Assembly: GCA_038207085.1 (NCBI GenBank)
Contig: JBBRAE010000028.1
Location: 1 to 36,668 of the forward strand
Direction: 5' to 3'
Length of the DNA stretch: 36,668 bases
Source of the DNA: Armatimonadota bacterium
GTDB lineage: Bacteria; Armatimonadota; UBA5829; DTLH01
The position numbers and the translations under genes are program-made. The notes beneath the pieces were generated by a model. That model saw only the letters and a list, made by a program, of their open reading frames with translations. It was not told the DNA's origin and searched no databases. Below, piece by piece: positions 8,696-16,635 of the stretch. Each line of letters starts with the position of its first letter. The first letter of the stretch is position 1.

Positions 8696-8876
8696 CAGGA
8701 CAGCACGCGTCAGATAAATATGCAGCTGTGGAATTGGCGGGGAATTGATGTGATAAACGCTCATGAGCGGGAAAATCGGGTATATATGGAGGGAATGCAT
8801 GCCGCCGCCCGTGCAGTTGCGTCCGGTGAGATCGACCCAAAACCGCTCTATACCCACACTTTCGCGCTTGATCAGA
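8696..8876 (+). pseudogene. C-terminal remnant of a zinc-binding (MDR) dehydrogenase
   Basis: QDSTRQINMQLWNWRGIDVINAHER...YMEGM.AA..AVASGEIDP.PLYTH.FALDQ resembles the C-terminus of MDR dehydrogenases that accompany CgeB-type clusters. The N-terminal part is absent. Confidence 0.65.
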
Positions 8877-8914
8877 CGGTGTTCATCGGTGATATATTCC
8901 TCGCGGTCGGGAGA

Positions 8915-8940
8915 GGTCGGACACATTGGTCCGCCCCTAC
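8915..8940 (-). repeat. GTAG-type REP sequence, copy 1
   Basis: Minus strand GTAGGGGCGGACCAATGTGTCCGACC; near-identical copy at 11784-11809. Confidence 0.75.
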
Positions 8941-8966
8941 GGCGTTAGTCGATCAAACGAAGACCT

Positions 8967-10091
8967 ATGAAAATACTAATGACTGCCGATGCGATCGGTG
9001 GAGTTTGGACATATTCTATAGAGCTTGCCCGCGCGCTTGGCGCGTACGGCGTGGAGATCGTGCTTGCGACGATGGGCGTGTTTCCGACTGCGGAGCAGCG
9101 CGCGCAGGTCGATGATATCCCCACGCTTACCCTGGAGGCAAGCTCCTACAAGCTCGAATGGATGGATGACCCGTGGCAGGACCTTTCCTATGCCGGGAAA
9201 TGGCTGTTGCGGCTTGCTGAGCAGGTGCAGCCCGATGTTGTCCACCTGAACGGTTACGTGCATGGGTCGCTTCCCTGGGAGTACCCAGCGCTAATCGTCA
9301 GCCATTCGTGTGTGCTTTCCTGGTGGTACGCTGTGAAGGGTGTCCCGGCTCCTGATGAGTATAAGCGCTACAGCCACGAGGTCGCGCGGGGGATTCATTC
9401 GGTTCCTATGGTCCTTGCGCCTACGCGGGCGATGCTGACATCGGTCGAGCGTCACTACGGATGCTGCCGCACGGGGAGAGTCATCGCAAACGGCAGAGAC
9501 CCGAGCCTGTTCGTCCCAGGTGAAAAACAGCCGATGATCTTTGCTGCAGGACGTGTCTGGGACGATGCAAAGAACATTATGGCGCTTCAGAAGGTCGCCC
9601 CTGAGCTTGACTGGCCCGTCTATGTGGCGGGGGACGATGAGCACCCCGACGGCACGACGATCGCGACCGAAAACGTGAACTTCCTCGGAATCCTCCCGCC
9701 TCACGCCGTTCAGCCCTGGTACTCGGCTGCGTCGATCTACGCGCTTCCCGCGCGGTACGAACCGTTTGGGCTTTCGGCGCTTGAGGCTGCGCTCTCGGGC
9801 TGCGCGCTTGTTCTTGGAGACATCCCGAGCCTGCGCGAAATATGGGGGGACGCGGCGGTCTTCGTCTGTCCCGACGACAACGAAGCACTTCGGCTGGCGA
9901 TTCAGAGCTTGATTCATGATCCTGATCGGAGACGTGATCTTGCGGAGAGAGCACGGGAGAATGCGCTCACTTATACGCCTGAACGCATGGCTCGCGGCTA
10001 CATCGGGGCATACGAAGAGCTTCTCAGCTGGTGGGTGATCAAAGGACGAGAGACCTTGATCGCGGGGCAAAAAGTGGGGGGCGGGAAATGA
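8967..10091 (+). CDS. Glycosyltransferase family 4 (GT-B)
   Basis: ILMTADAIGGVWTY, AAGRVWD.AKN, RYEPFGLSALEAA (EX7E motif). Confidence 0.92.
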   Translation: MKILMTADAIGGVWTYSIELARALGAYGVEIVLATMGVFPTAEQRAQVDDIPTLTLEASSYKLEWMDDPWQDLSYAGKWLLRLAEQVQPDVVHLNGYVHGSLPWEYPALIVSHSCVLSWWYAVKGVPAPDEYKRYSHEVARGIHSVPMVLAPTRAMLTSVERHYGCCRTGRVIANGRDPSLFVPGEKQPMIFAAGRVWDDAKNIMALQKVAPELDWPVYVAGDDEHPDGTTIATENVNFLGILPPHAVQPWYSAASIYALPARYEPFGLSALEAALSGCALVLGDIPSLREIWGDAAVFVCPDDNEALRLAIQSLIHDPDRRRDLAERARENALTYTPERMARGYIGAYEELLSWWVIKGRETLIAGQKVGGGK

Positions 10092-10561
10092 AAATAGTGA
10101 TGTTCTACCACTCACTTCTCTCTGACTGTAACCACGGCAACGCCGATATTGAGCGAGGCGTGGTAAGCGAACTGACCTCCCGCGGCCACAAGGTTTTGGT
10201 GTATGAGGAGAAACCGGAAACGCTCGACCTCGACCTCGGGCTTGCGCTTGATGGAGCAGACATGGTGATCGTCCATGAGTGGAACGCCTGCGGACTCGTG
10301 CAGCGCATCGGCAAACACCGCCAGACGCTTGGGCGTTATATGCTGCTCTTTTGCGATACCATACACCGCTTAGTTATCGATGAGGTGAGCATGTCGGCCC
10401 ATGACATGTCGAACTACGATAGAGTCCTGGTCTACGATGAGGCGACTCACCACACATGTCGACAGTTGGTGAGTGAGATTATGTCGACGTATAGCGACTA
10501 CACAATGGAAAATAGCCGAGAGAGTGAGGCGGCGGAACGCCCGACACTGCGTCTGGTGTAG
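10088..10561 (+). pseudogene. Truncated, internally deleted CgeB-like glycosyltransferase
   Basis: MKIVMFYHSLLSD.NHGNA, ALDGAD..IVHEWN and LLF.DT.HR motifs, but only 157 aa and no C-terminal GT domain. ATGA overlap with the upstream GT4. Confidence 0.65.
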
Positions 10562-10586
10562 CGATTGGAGAGTCGGAGGTAACACA

Positions 10587-11732
10587 TTGCACAGCATGAG
10601 ACGCGAAAGCGATCGTCTTGAAATAGTAATACTTGGGCTTTCGATCACTTCCTCCTGGGGAAACGGCCACGCGACGACCTACCGGAGGCTCGTGCGAGAG
10701 CTCACTGCCCTCGGCCACGACGTGCTGTTCCTTGAGCGAAACACGCCCTGGTACTCGACAAACCGTGACATGCCGGACCCTCCATACGGGCGCACCAGGC
10801 TCTACTCCAGCGTCGAAGAGCTGAAGCTGGTCTACGAGCACGAGATACGGGACGCCGACGCCGTGATCGTCGGATCTTACGTGCCGGAGGGTATCGCAAT
10901 TGGCGAGTGGGTTATGTCGACTGCTCGGGGCGTCAGGGCTTTCTACGACATCGACACACCAGTCACCCTCGCAAGCCTTGAGCAGGGCGACTGCGAATAT
11001 CTGTCCAAGTCTCTGGTTAGAAGATACGACCTTTATCTGTCGTTTACTGGCGGGCCGACGCTTGAGAGCTTGGAAAACAGCTACGGCTCGCCGATGGCCC
11101 GGGCGCTGTACTGCTCATTTGACCCGAAGCTCTATTATCCGGTCGATCTGGAGCCCTGTTGGGATATCGGGTATCTCGGCACCTATAGCGATGACCGCCA
11201 GCCGCCGCTCGACTCGCTGATGCTCGATCCCGCTCGCCGCTGGCGCGAGGGACGTTTCATCGTCGCCGGTCCGCAGTATCCAAGGAGCATCGAGTGGCCG
11301 ATGAACGTCGACCGGATAGAGCACCTCTCTCCGCTCGAACACGTGTCGTTCTACAATGGGCAGAGGTTTACCTTGAACATCACACGGGATGATATGGTGC
11401 GCGCGGGGTATTCGCCGAGTGTGAGACTCTTTGAGGCGGCTGCATGCGGCACCCCGATCATCAGCGACTGGTGGGACGGGCTCGATACCATTCTCACGCC
11501 CGACCGCGAGGTGCTTATCAGTCAATCCTCGGATGACACGCTCGCCTATATGCTCGAACTGCCGGATCACTCGCGTCGGGATATCGGACTTGCCGCGAGG
11601 AATCGCGTCTTGGCAGAGCACACTTCCGCGCACCGGGCTCGTGAGCTCGAAGGCTACATCGCAGAGGTGATGGGATGCACCGCCGTAGGTGTCGTTGAGC
11701 CCAATACAGGCGAGCGAAGTGAGGTGGTATGA
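10587..11732 (+). CDS. CgeB-family glycosyltransferase (spore maturation protein-like)
   Basis: GLSITSSWGNGHATTYR, FYDIDTPVT, GYLGTYS.DRQP, SPSVRLFEAAACG. GGAGGT RBS before TTG 10587 (alternative ATG 10596). Confidence 0.88.
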   Translation: MHSMRRESDRLEIVILGLSITSSWGNGHATTYRRLVRELTALGHDVLFLERNTPWYSTNRDMPDPPYGRTRLYSSVEELKLVYEHEIRDADAVIVGSYVPEGIAIGEWVMSTARGVRAFYDIDTPVTLASLEQGDCEYLSKSLVRRYDLYLSFTGGPTLESLENSYGSPMARALYCSFDPKLYYPVDLEPCWDIGYLGTYSDDRQPPLDSLMLDPARRWREGRFIVAGPQYPRSIEWPMNVDRIEHLSPLEHVSFYNGQRFTLNITRDDMVRAGYSPSVRLFEAAACGTPIISDWWDGLDTILTPDREVLISQSSDDTLAYMLELPDHSRRDIGLAARNRVLAEHTSAHRARELEGYIAEVMGCTAVGVVEPNTGERSEVV

Positions 11733-11783
11733 AGAGTCTTGATGGATCTATGGGCTGCCCCAAAATCATTCGTTGGCGGAAAA

Positions 11784-11809
11784 GGGCGGACACGCTGGTC
11801 CGCCCCTAC
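11784..11809 (-). repeat. GTAG-type REP sequence, copy 2
   Basis: Minus strand GTAGGGGCGGACCAGCGTGTCCGCCC (GTAG followed by a palindrome). Confidence 0.8.
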
Positions 11810-11820
11810 GAGCTTCAATG

Positions 11821-13146
11821 TTATGCTTTGCTCACTATTGCGGCTTGCCCGGCGGCGAGCTTGATTGTCACCTTGCCGTCGACTACAGGCACACTGCACT
11901 CTGCCTTCTCGCCGATGGGGTAGACCTGCTGCATCCTCACTGTCGTCGCCTGCTTCCAGCTTTCGGGGAGCTCCCACGTCTTTGTAGCGCCATTCTGGCT
12001 GTAGGCCATGTACTTATCGTCGAGCCAGACCGCGGGGGCAAAGACATCTGAGCCGTCAACGATCAGCTTGCCCGAGTCGGTGATGGTGTGGTGGCGATCG
12101 TTCTTTCGAACTGTGCTCACGAGGTCGTCGCCGAATTCCACCGTGTAGAACTCCGCATCGTGAATGTGTCGGACCGTGCCGCGCTGGTTCATCAGTAGCC
12201 ACGGAACGGTGTTGATGTAGAACATGGCGGAGAACTTCGGCATCTCGCCCAAGAGCCCCGCGTGTTCGTCGACGGTGTAGCCCCAGGCCTCGTCATAGAG
12301 ACATCCGGCTTCAGGCGCTGTGTAGACCCCGACCCACGTGACCTGTTCGGCGTCGGTGTGGTGCCGGGCGTTCCAGCCAGGGCCGCCGCCGCAGAGCACG
12401 TCAGCCGGGTACTTCAGGCGGCTCGCCTCGTCGAGGTTGAGGTGCCAGGCCATCGGGAAGAGTCCGGCATAGGCATGGATGAAGAGCTCGCCGGTGACGT
12501 CGACCCCACAAGTGTGCCAGTATTTCAGAATCTCCTGGATCGTTTTGATCTCGTCGTCCATCGTAACGCCGTGAAACGCGCTCGGCTTGGGGAAGAACGC
12601 GTCGATGTGGACGGTCCCCGTTTCAGCGATCGGCAGAAGCTCAAGGAACTTCTTGATTCTCTCTTGAGTAAGCCCTGCAGCCCATTCGCGAGTTTTTGAT
12701 ACTCTGTAGCTCTGTTCGCCGTCCCAGATGCCGCCCTTCTGGAGCGACCCATCGGCTTCGCGTACCATCAGGTCCTGCTTCATATACTCGTCCCAAAGCG
12801 GGCTGTTCTCATAGGCGTCGCAGAGGTTGATGTGGGTGCTGACGACGGCGTTATACTTCTTGGCTTCGTTCATAAGCCAGATCATGCTCTCTCGCGCATC
12901 TTTGTCGCAGTCCCTTTTAAGCCTCTCGTTCACTTCAAAGAACGCCGGATACTTGGAGTCATGACCGTCGTACTGCCAGCCTACCAGGTAGATGATCTGC
13001 TTCAGTCCACCGGTCATATCGTGGACGTTTTTGATGATCTCCAGGGACTGCTCGAACGTGTAAACGACGTTGTCGGGCTTTGTGCCGTTGGTGATCTTGT
13101 AGACAAGCGACTGATGATAGTCGTGATGGTATTTCAGTTTCTCCAA
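11821..13146 (-). CDS. Endo-alpha-N-acetylgalactosaminidase-like glycoside hydrolase (GH101-related TIM barrel)
   Basis: YLVGWQYDGHDSKYP, HINLCDAY and VHIDAF resemble the GH101 catalytic core. AGGAG RBS before TTG 13146; no signal peptide. Confidence 0.7.
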   Translation of the reverse strand: MEKLKYHHDYHQSLVYKITNGTKPDNVVYTFEQSLEIIKNVHDMTGGLKQIIYLVGWQYDGHDSKYPAFFEVNERLKRDCDKDARESMIWLMNEAKKYNAVVSTHINLCDAYENSPLWDEYMKQDLMVREADGSLQKGGIWDGEQSYRVSKTREWAAGLTQERIKKFLELLPIAETGTVHIDAFFPKPSAFHGVTMDDEIKTIQEILKYWHTCGVDVTGELFIHAYAGLFPMAWHLNLDEASRLKYPADVLCGGGPGWNARHHTDAEQVTWVGVYTAPEAGCLYDEAWGYTVDEHAGLLGEMPKFSAMFYINTVPWLLMNQRGTVRHIHDAEFYTVEFGDDLVSTVRKNDRHHTITDSGKLIVDGSDVFAPAVWLDDKYMAYSQNGATKTWELPESWKQATTVRMQQVYPIGEKAECSVPVVDGKVTIKLAAGQAAIVSKA

Positions 13147-13169
13147 GTGCGTTCTCCTATTTGATATTG

Positions 13170-13207
13170 AAAACAACAAGGGAGGCGACCCGAAAGTCAG
13201 CCTCCCT
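13170..13207 (-). terminator. Rho-independent terminator after the SGNH gene
   Basis: Minus strand GGGAGGCTGAC-TTTCGG-GTCGCCTCCC followed by TTGTTGTTTT. Confidence 0.65.
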
Positions 13208-13248
13208 AAGAATGCCAATATTATATTAGCCTTTGTTGCCCCAGAATC

Positions 13249-14472
13249 CTACTTCTTCGGAGCGAAGAAAGCTTCGATAGTCTTTGAGAGCACAACTGCG
13301 CCGCGCATATTGGCGTGGACGAAGTCTCTGCGGAAGTAATCGATGGGCTTGCCCGAGGCGACGACGTAGTCTTTCCAGGTGGTCATCATATCGATGCGCT
13401 CGACGCCTTCCTCCTGACAAACCTTGATCATCCCGTCCCAGTACCCCTGACTTGCGGCATCGATGGGAGTCTTCTTGTTAGGGTCATTGCTGCCGACTAC
13501 CGGGGTCATATAGATGATCTCAGGGTTGATGACCGCGCGCACCTGCTTGATCACCGACCGGGCTGCTTCCCAGTCGTTGCCCTGGCTGATTCCCGCGATT
13601 ATCAGGAGGTCGGGATTGTAGTCCAGGACGTATTCTTTGATTCGGTTTTCATGCTGATACCAGACGTTGCCGGTCCCGCCGCGCACGGAGCTTATGACCT
13701 CAAGCTTTGCCTTGGGATACATCCTCTGAACGAGTGCCTGCCAGCTGGAGTTGGAAGTGTCGTTGCAGATGCTGTCGCCGAGCATGACGATTTTGATAGT
13801 TCCGCCATTCTTGAGCGTCTCCATCGTCTTCGGGATATACTTCCAGCGGTCCTTGTTTGCTGTGAACTTGAACTTCGGCAGTTTCGAATACTGCTCATCG
13901 ACCCAGCTTGCGGCCTGCAGGTAATCGATCGGTTCTACGCTTACGTTGTCGATCATAATCGTGCTCTTGACGTAAGGCTGCCAGGTCATGTTCATATAGC
14001 GGGAGTTTTCTTTGCCGTAGGTGACATACTCGTTCTTGACCCAGCTGTTTGAGAGGTCGATGCCCCAGTATTGATCGGATATCAGAGCTTTTTTGTTTGC
14101 ATCATAGGATACAGCTGACCATACTGCCGGGTAACCGTCCGGGGATGATGGGGATGACTGCGGCTGAGGCCACAGGACGCCCGCTGGGCGCGGCTTTACC
14201 TTGGACCAGAACGTAACCTTGTAGAACTCGAACGGCTTGACCTCGAACATTGGGCTTGACCAGGAGCCTTCGCTTGAAGCGATGCAGCGTCCTCCGACGT
14301 GACCGAGAGTATTCTCCCAGCAGCTCACGCCGTAGGTAGCATTGAAGCTCCATCCCGCGGCTTTCGGGTCCTGCTCGAAGTCGCTCTTCATGAGCACGTT
14401 GCCCTGTGCGAGACACGCGGTCGCAGCCGCAAGAAACGCGGATGCAGATACCGCTGCGATAACTTTATTCAA
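13249..14472 (-). CDS. Secreted SGNH/GDSL hydrolase with an N-terminal CBM-like beta domain
   Basis: Signal peptide; blocks MLGDS, RGGTG, ISQGND and DFVH; N-terminal SDFE...W...IDNVSV jelly-roll pattern. GAGGAGG RBS before TTG 14472. Confidence 0.8.
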   Translation of the reverse strand: MNKVIAAVSASAFLAAATACLAQGNVLMKSDFEQDPKAAGWSFNATYGVSCWENTLGHVGGRCIASSEGSWSSPMFEVKPFEFYKVTFWSKVKPRPAGVLWPQPQSSPSSPDGYPAVWSAVSYDANKKALISDQYWGIDLSNSWVKNEYVTYGKENSRYMNMTWQPYVKSTIMIDNVSVEPIDYLQAASWVDEQYSKLPKFKFTANKDRWKYIPKTMETLKNGGTIKIVMLGDSICNDTSNSSWQALVQRMYPKAKLEVISSVRGGTGNVWYQHENRIKEYVLDYNPDLLIIAGISQGNDWEAARSVIKQVRAVINPEIIYMTPVVGSNDPNKKTPIDAASQGYWDGMIKVCQEEGVERIDMMTTWKDYVVASGKPIDYFRRDFVHANMRGAVVLSKTIEAFFAPKK

Positions 14473-14510
14473 CTTGCTGACCTCCTCGTTCCGAAGAACA
14501 TCTTTAGCCC

Positions 14511-14577
14511 GCTTTATTCGCTTCACGAATAAAGCTTTCGCTAACAGAGCATTATTCACGAGTAGCGTGAATAATGC
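14511..14577. promoter_or_regulatory. Two tandem perfect palindromes upstream of the SGNH gene
   Basis: GCTTTATTCG-N5-CGAATAAAGC and GCATTATTCACG-N5-CGTGAATAATGC. Confidence 0.5.
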
Positions 14578-14647
14578 GGGTTAGTATACACGGTAATTCT
14601 CTATGTATAGACGCTGCAATCGCTTGTTTCTGGCCTATTTGTCATTA

Positions 14648-15568
14648 TTATTCAGCTATTTCAACGCCCATATCTCGGAGTTTGTCGCAGTAGTGCCCGA
14701 TGTCCTCGGGCGCTTCGACTTCGTGCAGCTTGTAATCCATCCCGATCGCCTCATACTTGCCGGTGCCGATCTTGTGATACGCCATCAGCGCGACCTTGGG
14801 TTTGCCTTCAAGGGATAGCACAAACTCGCCGAGCGCGCGGATGTCGTCGTCTGAGTCATTCACGCCGGGCACAATTGGGGTTCTAAAAACAATCTCTGCG
14901 CCGGTTTGGGCGAGTCTGTGGGCGTTTTTGAGGATAACTGAGTTCTCCACTCCGCAGAACCTGACGTGTTTTGCCGCGTCGACAGCTTTCATGTCGAAGA
15001 GAAACAGGTCGACGAGCGGAGCGATCTGTGACAGGTGCTCCCAGCTCGTCATACCGCTTGTTTCGATTGCCGTGTGCAACCCTTCACGCTTGAACGCCTG
15101 GAGCAGGCACTTCGTGAACTCGAATTGAAACGTCGGCTCGCCTCCCGAAATAGTGACGCCGCCGCCCGAGGTTTTGTAGAACGGTTTGTCGCGAACGACG
15201 ACCCCGACTACCTCCTCGACCGAGGCGGTGCGGCCGATGATCTGGAGCGCGCCCGTCGGACAGACTTCGGCGCAGGCTCCGCAAACTACGCACTGGTCTC
15301 GGTTCACCCGGGTCTCGCCCATACTGATCGCGCCGTGGGGGCAGGCGCGGTAGCAGCGGCCGCACACAATGCACTTTGCCTTGTAGAAGGCGAGCTGGGT
15401 GTAAGGTGAACGTGACTCGGGGTTGTGGCACCACTGGCAGCCGAGTGGGCAGCCTTTCAGGAACACTGTTGTCCTGATTCCCGGCCCGTCGTGGATCGAG
15501 AACCTTTGGATATCAAATATCATCCCGCTTGTATCGGTGCAGTTATTTTGCACGGCTTGTGAACTCAT
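14648..15568 (-). CDS. Glycyl-radical enzyme activating enzyme (radical SAM with a 2x[4Fe-4S] ferredoxin insert)
   Basis: IQRFSIHDGPGIRTTVFLKGCPLGCQWCHNPES, two CxxCxxCxxxCP motifs, GGVTISGGEP. Confidence 0.95.
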   Translation of the reverse strand: MSSQAVQNNCTDTSGMIFDIQRFSIHDGPGIRTTVFLKGCPLGCQWCHNPESRSPYTQLAFYKAKCIVCGRCYRACPHGAISMGETRVNRDQCVVCGACAEVCPTGALQIIGRTASVEEVVGVVVRDKPFYKTSGGGVTISGGEPTFQFEFTKCLLQAFKREGLHTAIETSGMTSWEHLSQIAPLVDLFLFDMKAVDAAKHVRFCGVENSVILKNAHRLAQTGAEIVFRTPIVPGVNDSDDDIRALGEFVLSLEGKPKVALMAYHKIGTGKYEAIGMDYKLHEVEAPEDIGHYCDKLRDMGVEIAE

Positions 15569-15574
15569 GCTAAT

Positions 15575-15603
15575 AGCTTACAACCGATCCCGTTTTGCTG
15601 CAA
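15575..15603 (-). promoter_or_regulatory. Sigma-70-type promoter giving a leaderless activase mRNA
   Basis: TTGCAG-N17-TAAGCT ending 6 nt before ATG 15568; no SD. Confidence 0.5.
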
Positions 15604-15608
15604 GTGAC

Positions 15609-15640
15609 AAAAAAATGCCCGCCTCTGGGTGGAAGCGGGC
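15609..15640 (-). terminator. Rho-independent terminator
   Basis: GCCCGCTTC-CACCCA-GAGGCGGGC-ATTTTTTT on the minus strand. Confidence 0.8.
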
Positions 15641-15688
15641 TCTCCGTTTTGGATGGAGGAGAAAGAAAGAACGCTGTGTGTTGTCCAT
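15609..15688 (-). ncRNA. Candidate sigma-54-dependent small RNA (~80 nt) with a CUCCUCC anti-SD motif
   Basis: Lies between a consensus sigma-54 promoter and an intrinsic terminator; no complete ORF fits inside. Confidence 0.55.
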
Positions 15689-15698
15689 AGAAGTATGA

Positions 15699-15715
15699 TG
15701 CAATATGCGTGCCAA
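15699..15715 (-). promoter_or_regulatory. Sigma-54 (-24/-12) promoter
   Basis: TTGGCACG-CATA-TTGCA matches the TGGCACG-N4-TTGC(A/T) consensus exactly. Confidence 0.8.
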
Positions 15716-15773
15716 CACACACTCGCACAAATGCCGGAAAAGTTGAGTGGGAGAAATGGTGGGGTGAGAGGTT

Positions 15774-15832
15774 ACAGCTCGGAACGCCGCCGGTGGGCGA
15801 GCTGATGAGCATATGACGGCGTTCCGAGCTGT
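15774..15832. repeat. 16-bp perfect inverted repeat with a 27-nt loop
   Basis: ACAGCTCGGAACGCCG ... CGGCGTTCCGAGCTGT. Confidence 0.8.
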
Positions 15833-16023
15833 GAAAGGAGGTTTGCGACCTATTTGCGGGTGCCAAAGCGACCACACAGCCGGTGCTGACCTCTCGTTCT
15901 ACTCATATTATTGCCGGGTTTGTATCAAGCCTATACCCCGAAACGAGAAAAACCCGTAATTCTGCCGGAGTATTTTGCATTTGGGCAGTTTTGAGGCGCA
16001 TAAAGCGGTGCCTGCGACACCGG

Positions 16024-16542
16024 ATGCTCTGCGTTGCAGGGTCGGCTTTTGCTGATAGTTGGAGCTCATCGCTCTCATACGGCTCGGGTACCGAGGTGAG
16101 CGATCCGTCCTTGAATGGTGTTGACATAGATGGTGCTTACGGTGTCTACAGCAGCACCAGCAACGGACGCAGCAATCCTACTATGCCGAATCCGTTCTAC
16201 GGCGTCAAGATAGACCAGTTTACTGGAACTGCAACGTCCTGGGATGTGATATTTCGAAGCTACAAGGCTCCGGTATGGGGCAGCTTCTACTCGAAAGATG
16301 GAAACGCTCCCTATAACGGAGAGCTTCTGTCCGCATGGAACGCAGGACTCAAGTTTGACAGCGAGGCCATCAGAAACGCGGCCTTCGGTACTCGAATCTG
16401 GAATGACTGGTCATACAGTTCAAAGTATATCACTGTTCCTGATACAACAGGGCCTGCAGTTCCTGAGCTTCCCGCTCAGCTGTTGGCTATGATTGGTCTG
16501 GTAGTTCCCGCAGCATCCGCGCTGAAGCGCAAGTGCTCTTAA
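16024..16542 (+). CDS. PEP-CTERM-like sorted surface protein (VPELP variant), probably 5'-degraded
   Basis: C-terminal VPDT...AVPELP, hydrophobic helix and KRK tail; PVWG.FY.KDG core. Only the end of a signal peptide (AGSAFA-D) is present and there is no clear RBS, so the start is uncertain. Confidence 0.6.
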   Translation: MLCVAGSAFADSWSSSLSYGSGTEVSDPSLNGVDIDGAYGVYSSTSNGRSNPTMPNPFYGVKIDQFTGTATSWDVIFRSYKAPVWGSFYSKDGNAPYNGELLSAWNAGLKFDSEAIRNAAFGTRIWNDWSYSSKYITVPDTTGPAVPELPAQLLAMIGLVVPAASALKRKCS

Positions 16543-16568
16543 GAGCTAGGCACGACCTGAAACAAATG

Positions 16569-16605
16569 GGGCACCGGAAAGAATTTATCCCGGTGCCCGT
16601 TTTTA
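16569..16605 (+). terminator. Rho-independent terminator between convergent genes
   Basis: GGGCACCGG-N12-CCGGTGCCC-GTTTTTA. Confidence 0.65.
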
Positions 16606-16635
16606 TCACTTGCCAGTTATCTTCTGATGCCCTAG

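Noticed and set aside
11729..11923. 64-aa ORF after cgeB as a real gene
   Set aside because: It runs through a REP and overlaps the convergent hydrolase; only its RBS and start look like the relic of a deleted gene.
15609..15880. Cobalamin, SAM or T-box riboswitch upstream of the activase
   Set aside because: I could not find the B12 box, SAM-I core or T-box motif; a sigma-54 promoter plus terminator explains the region better.
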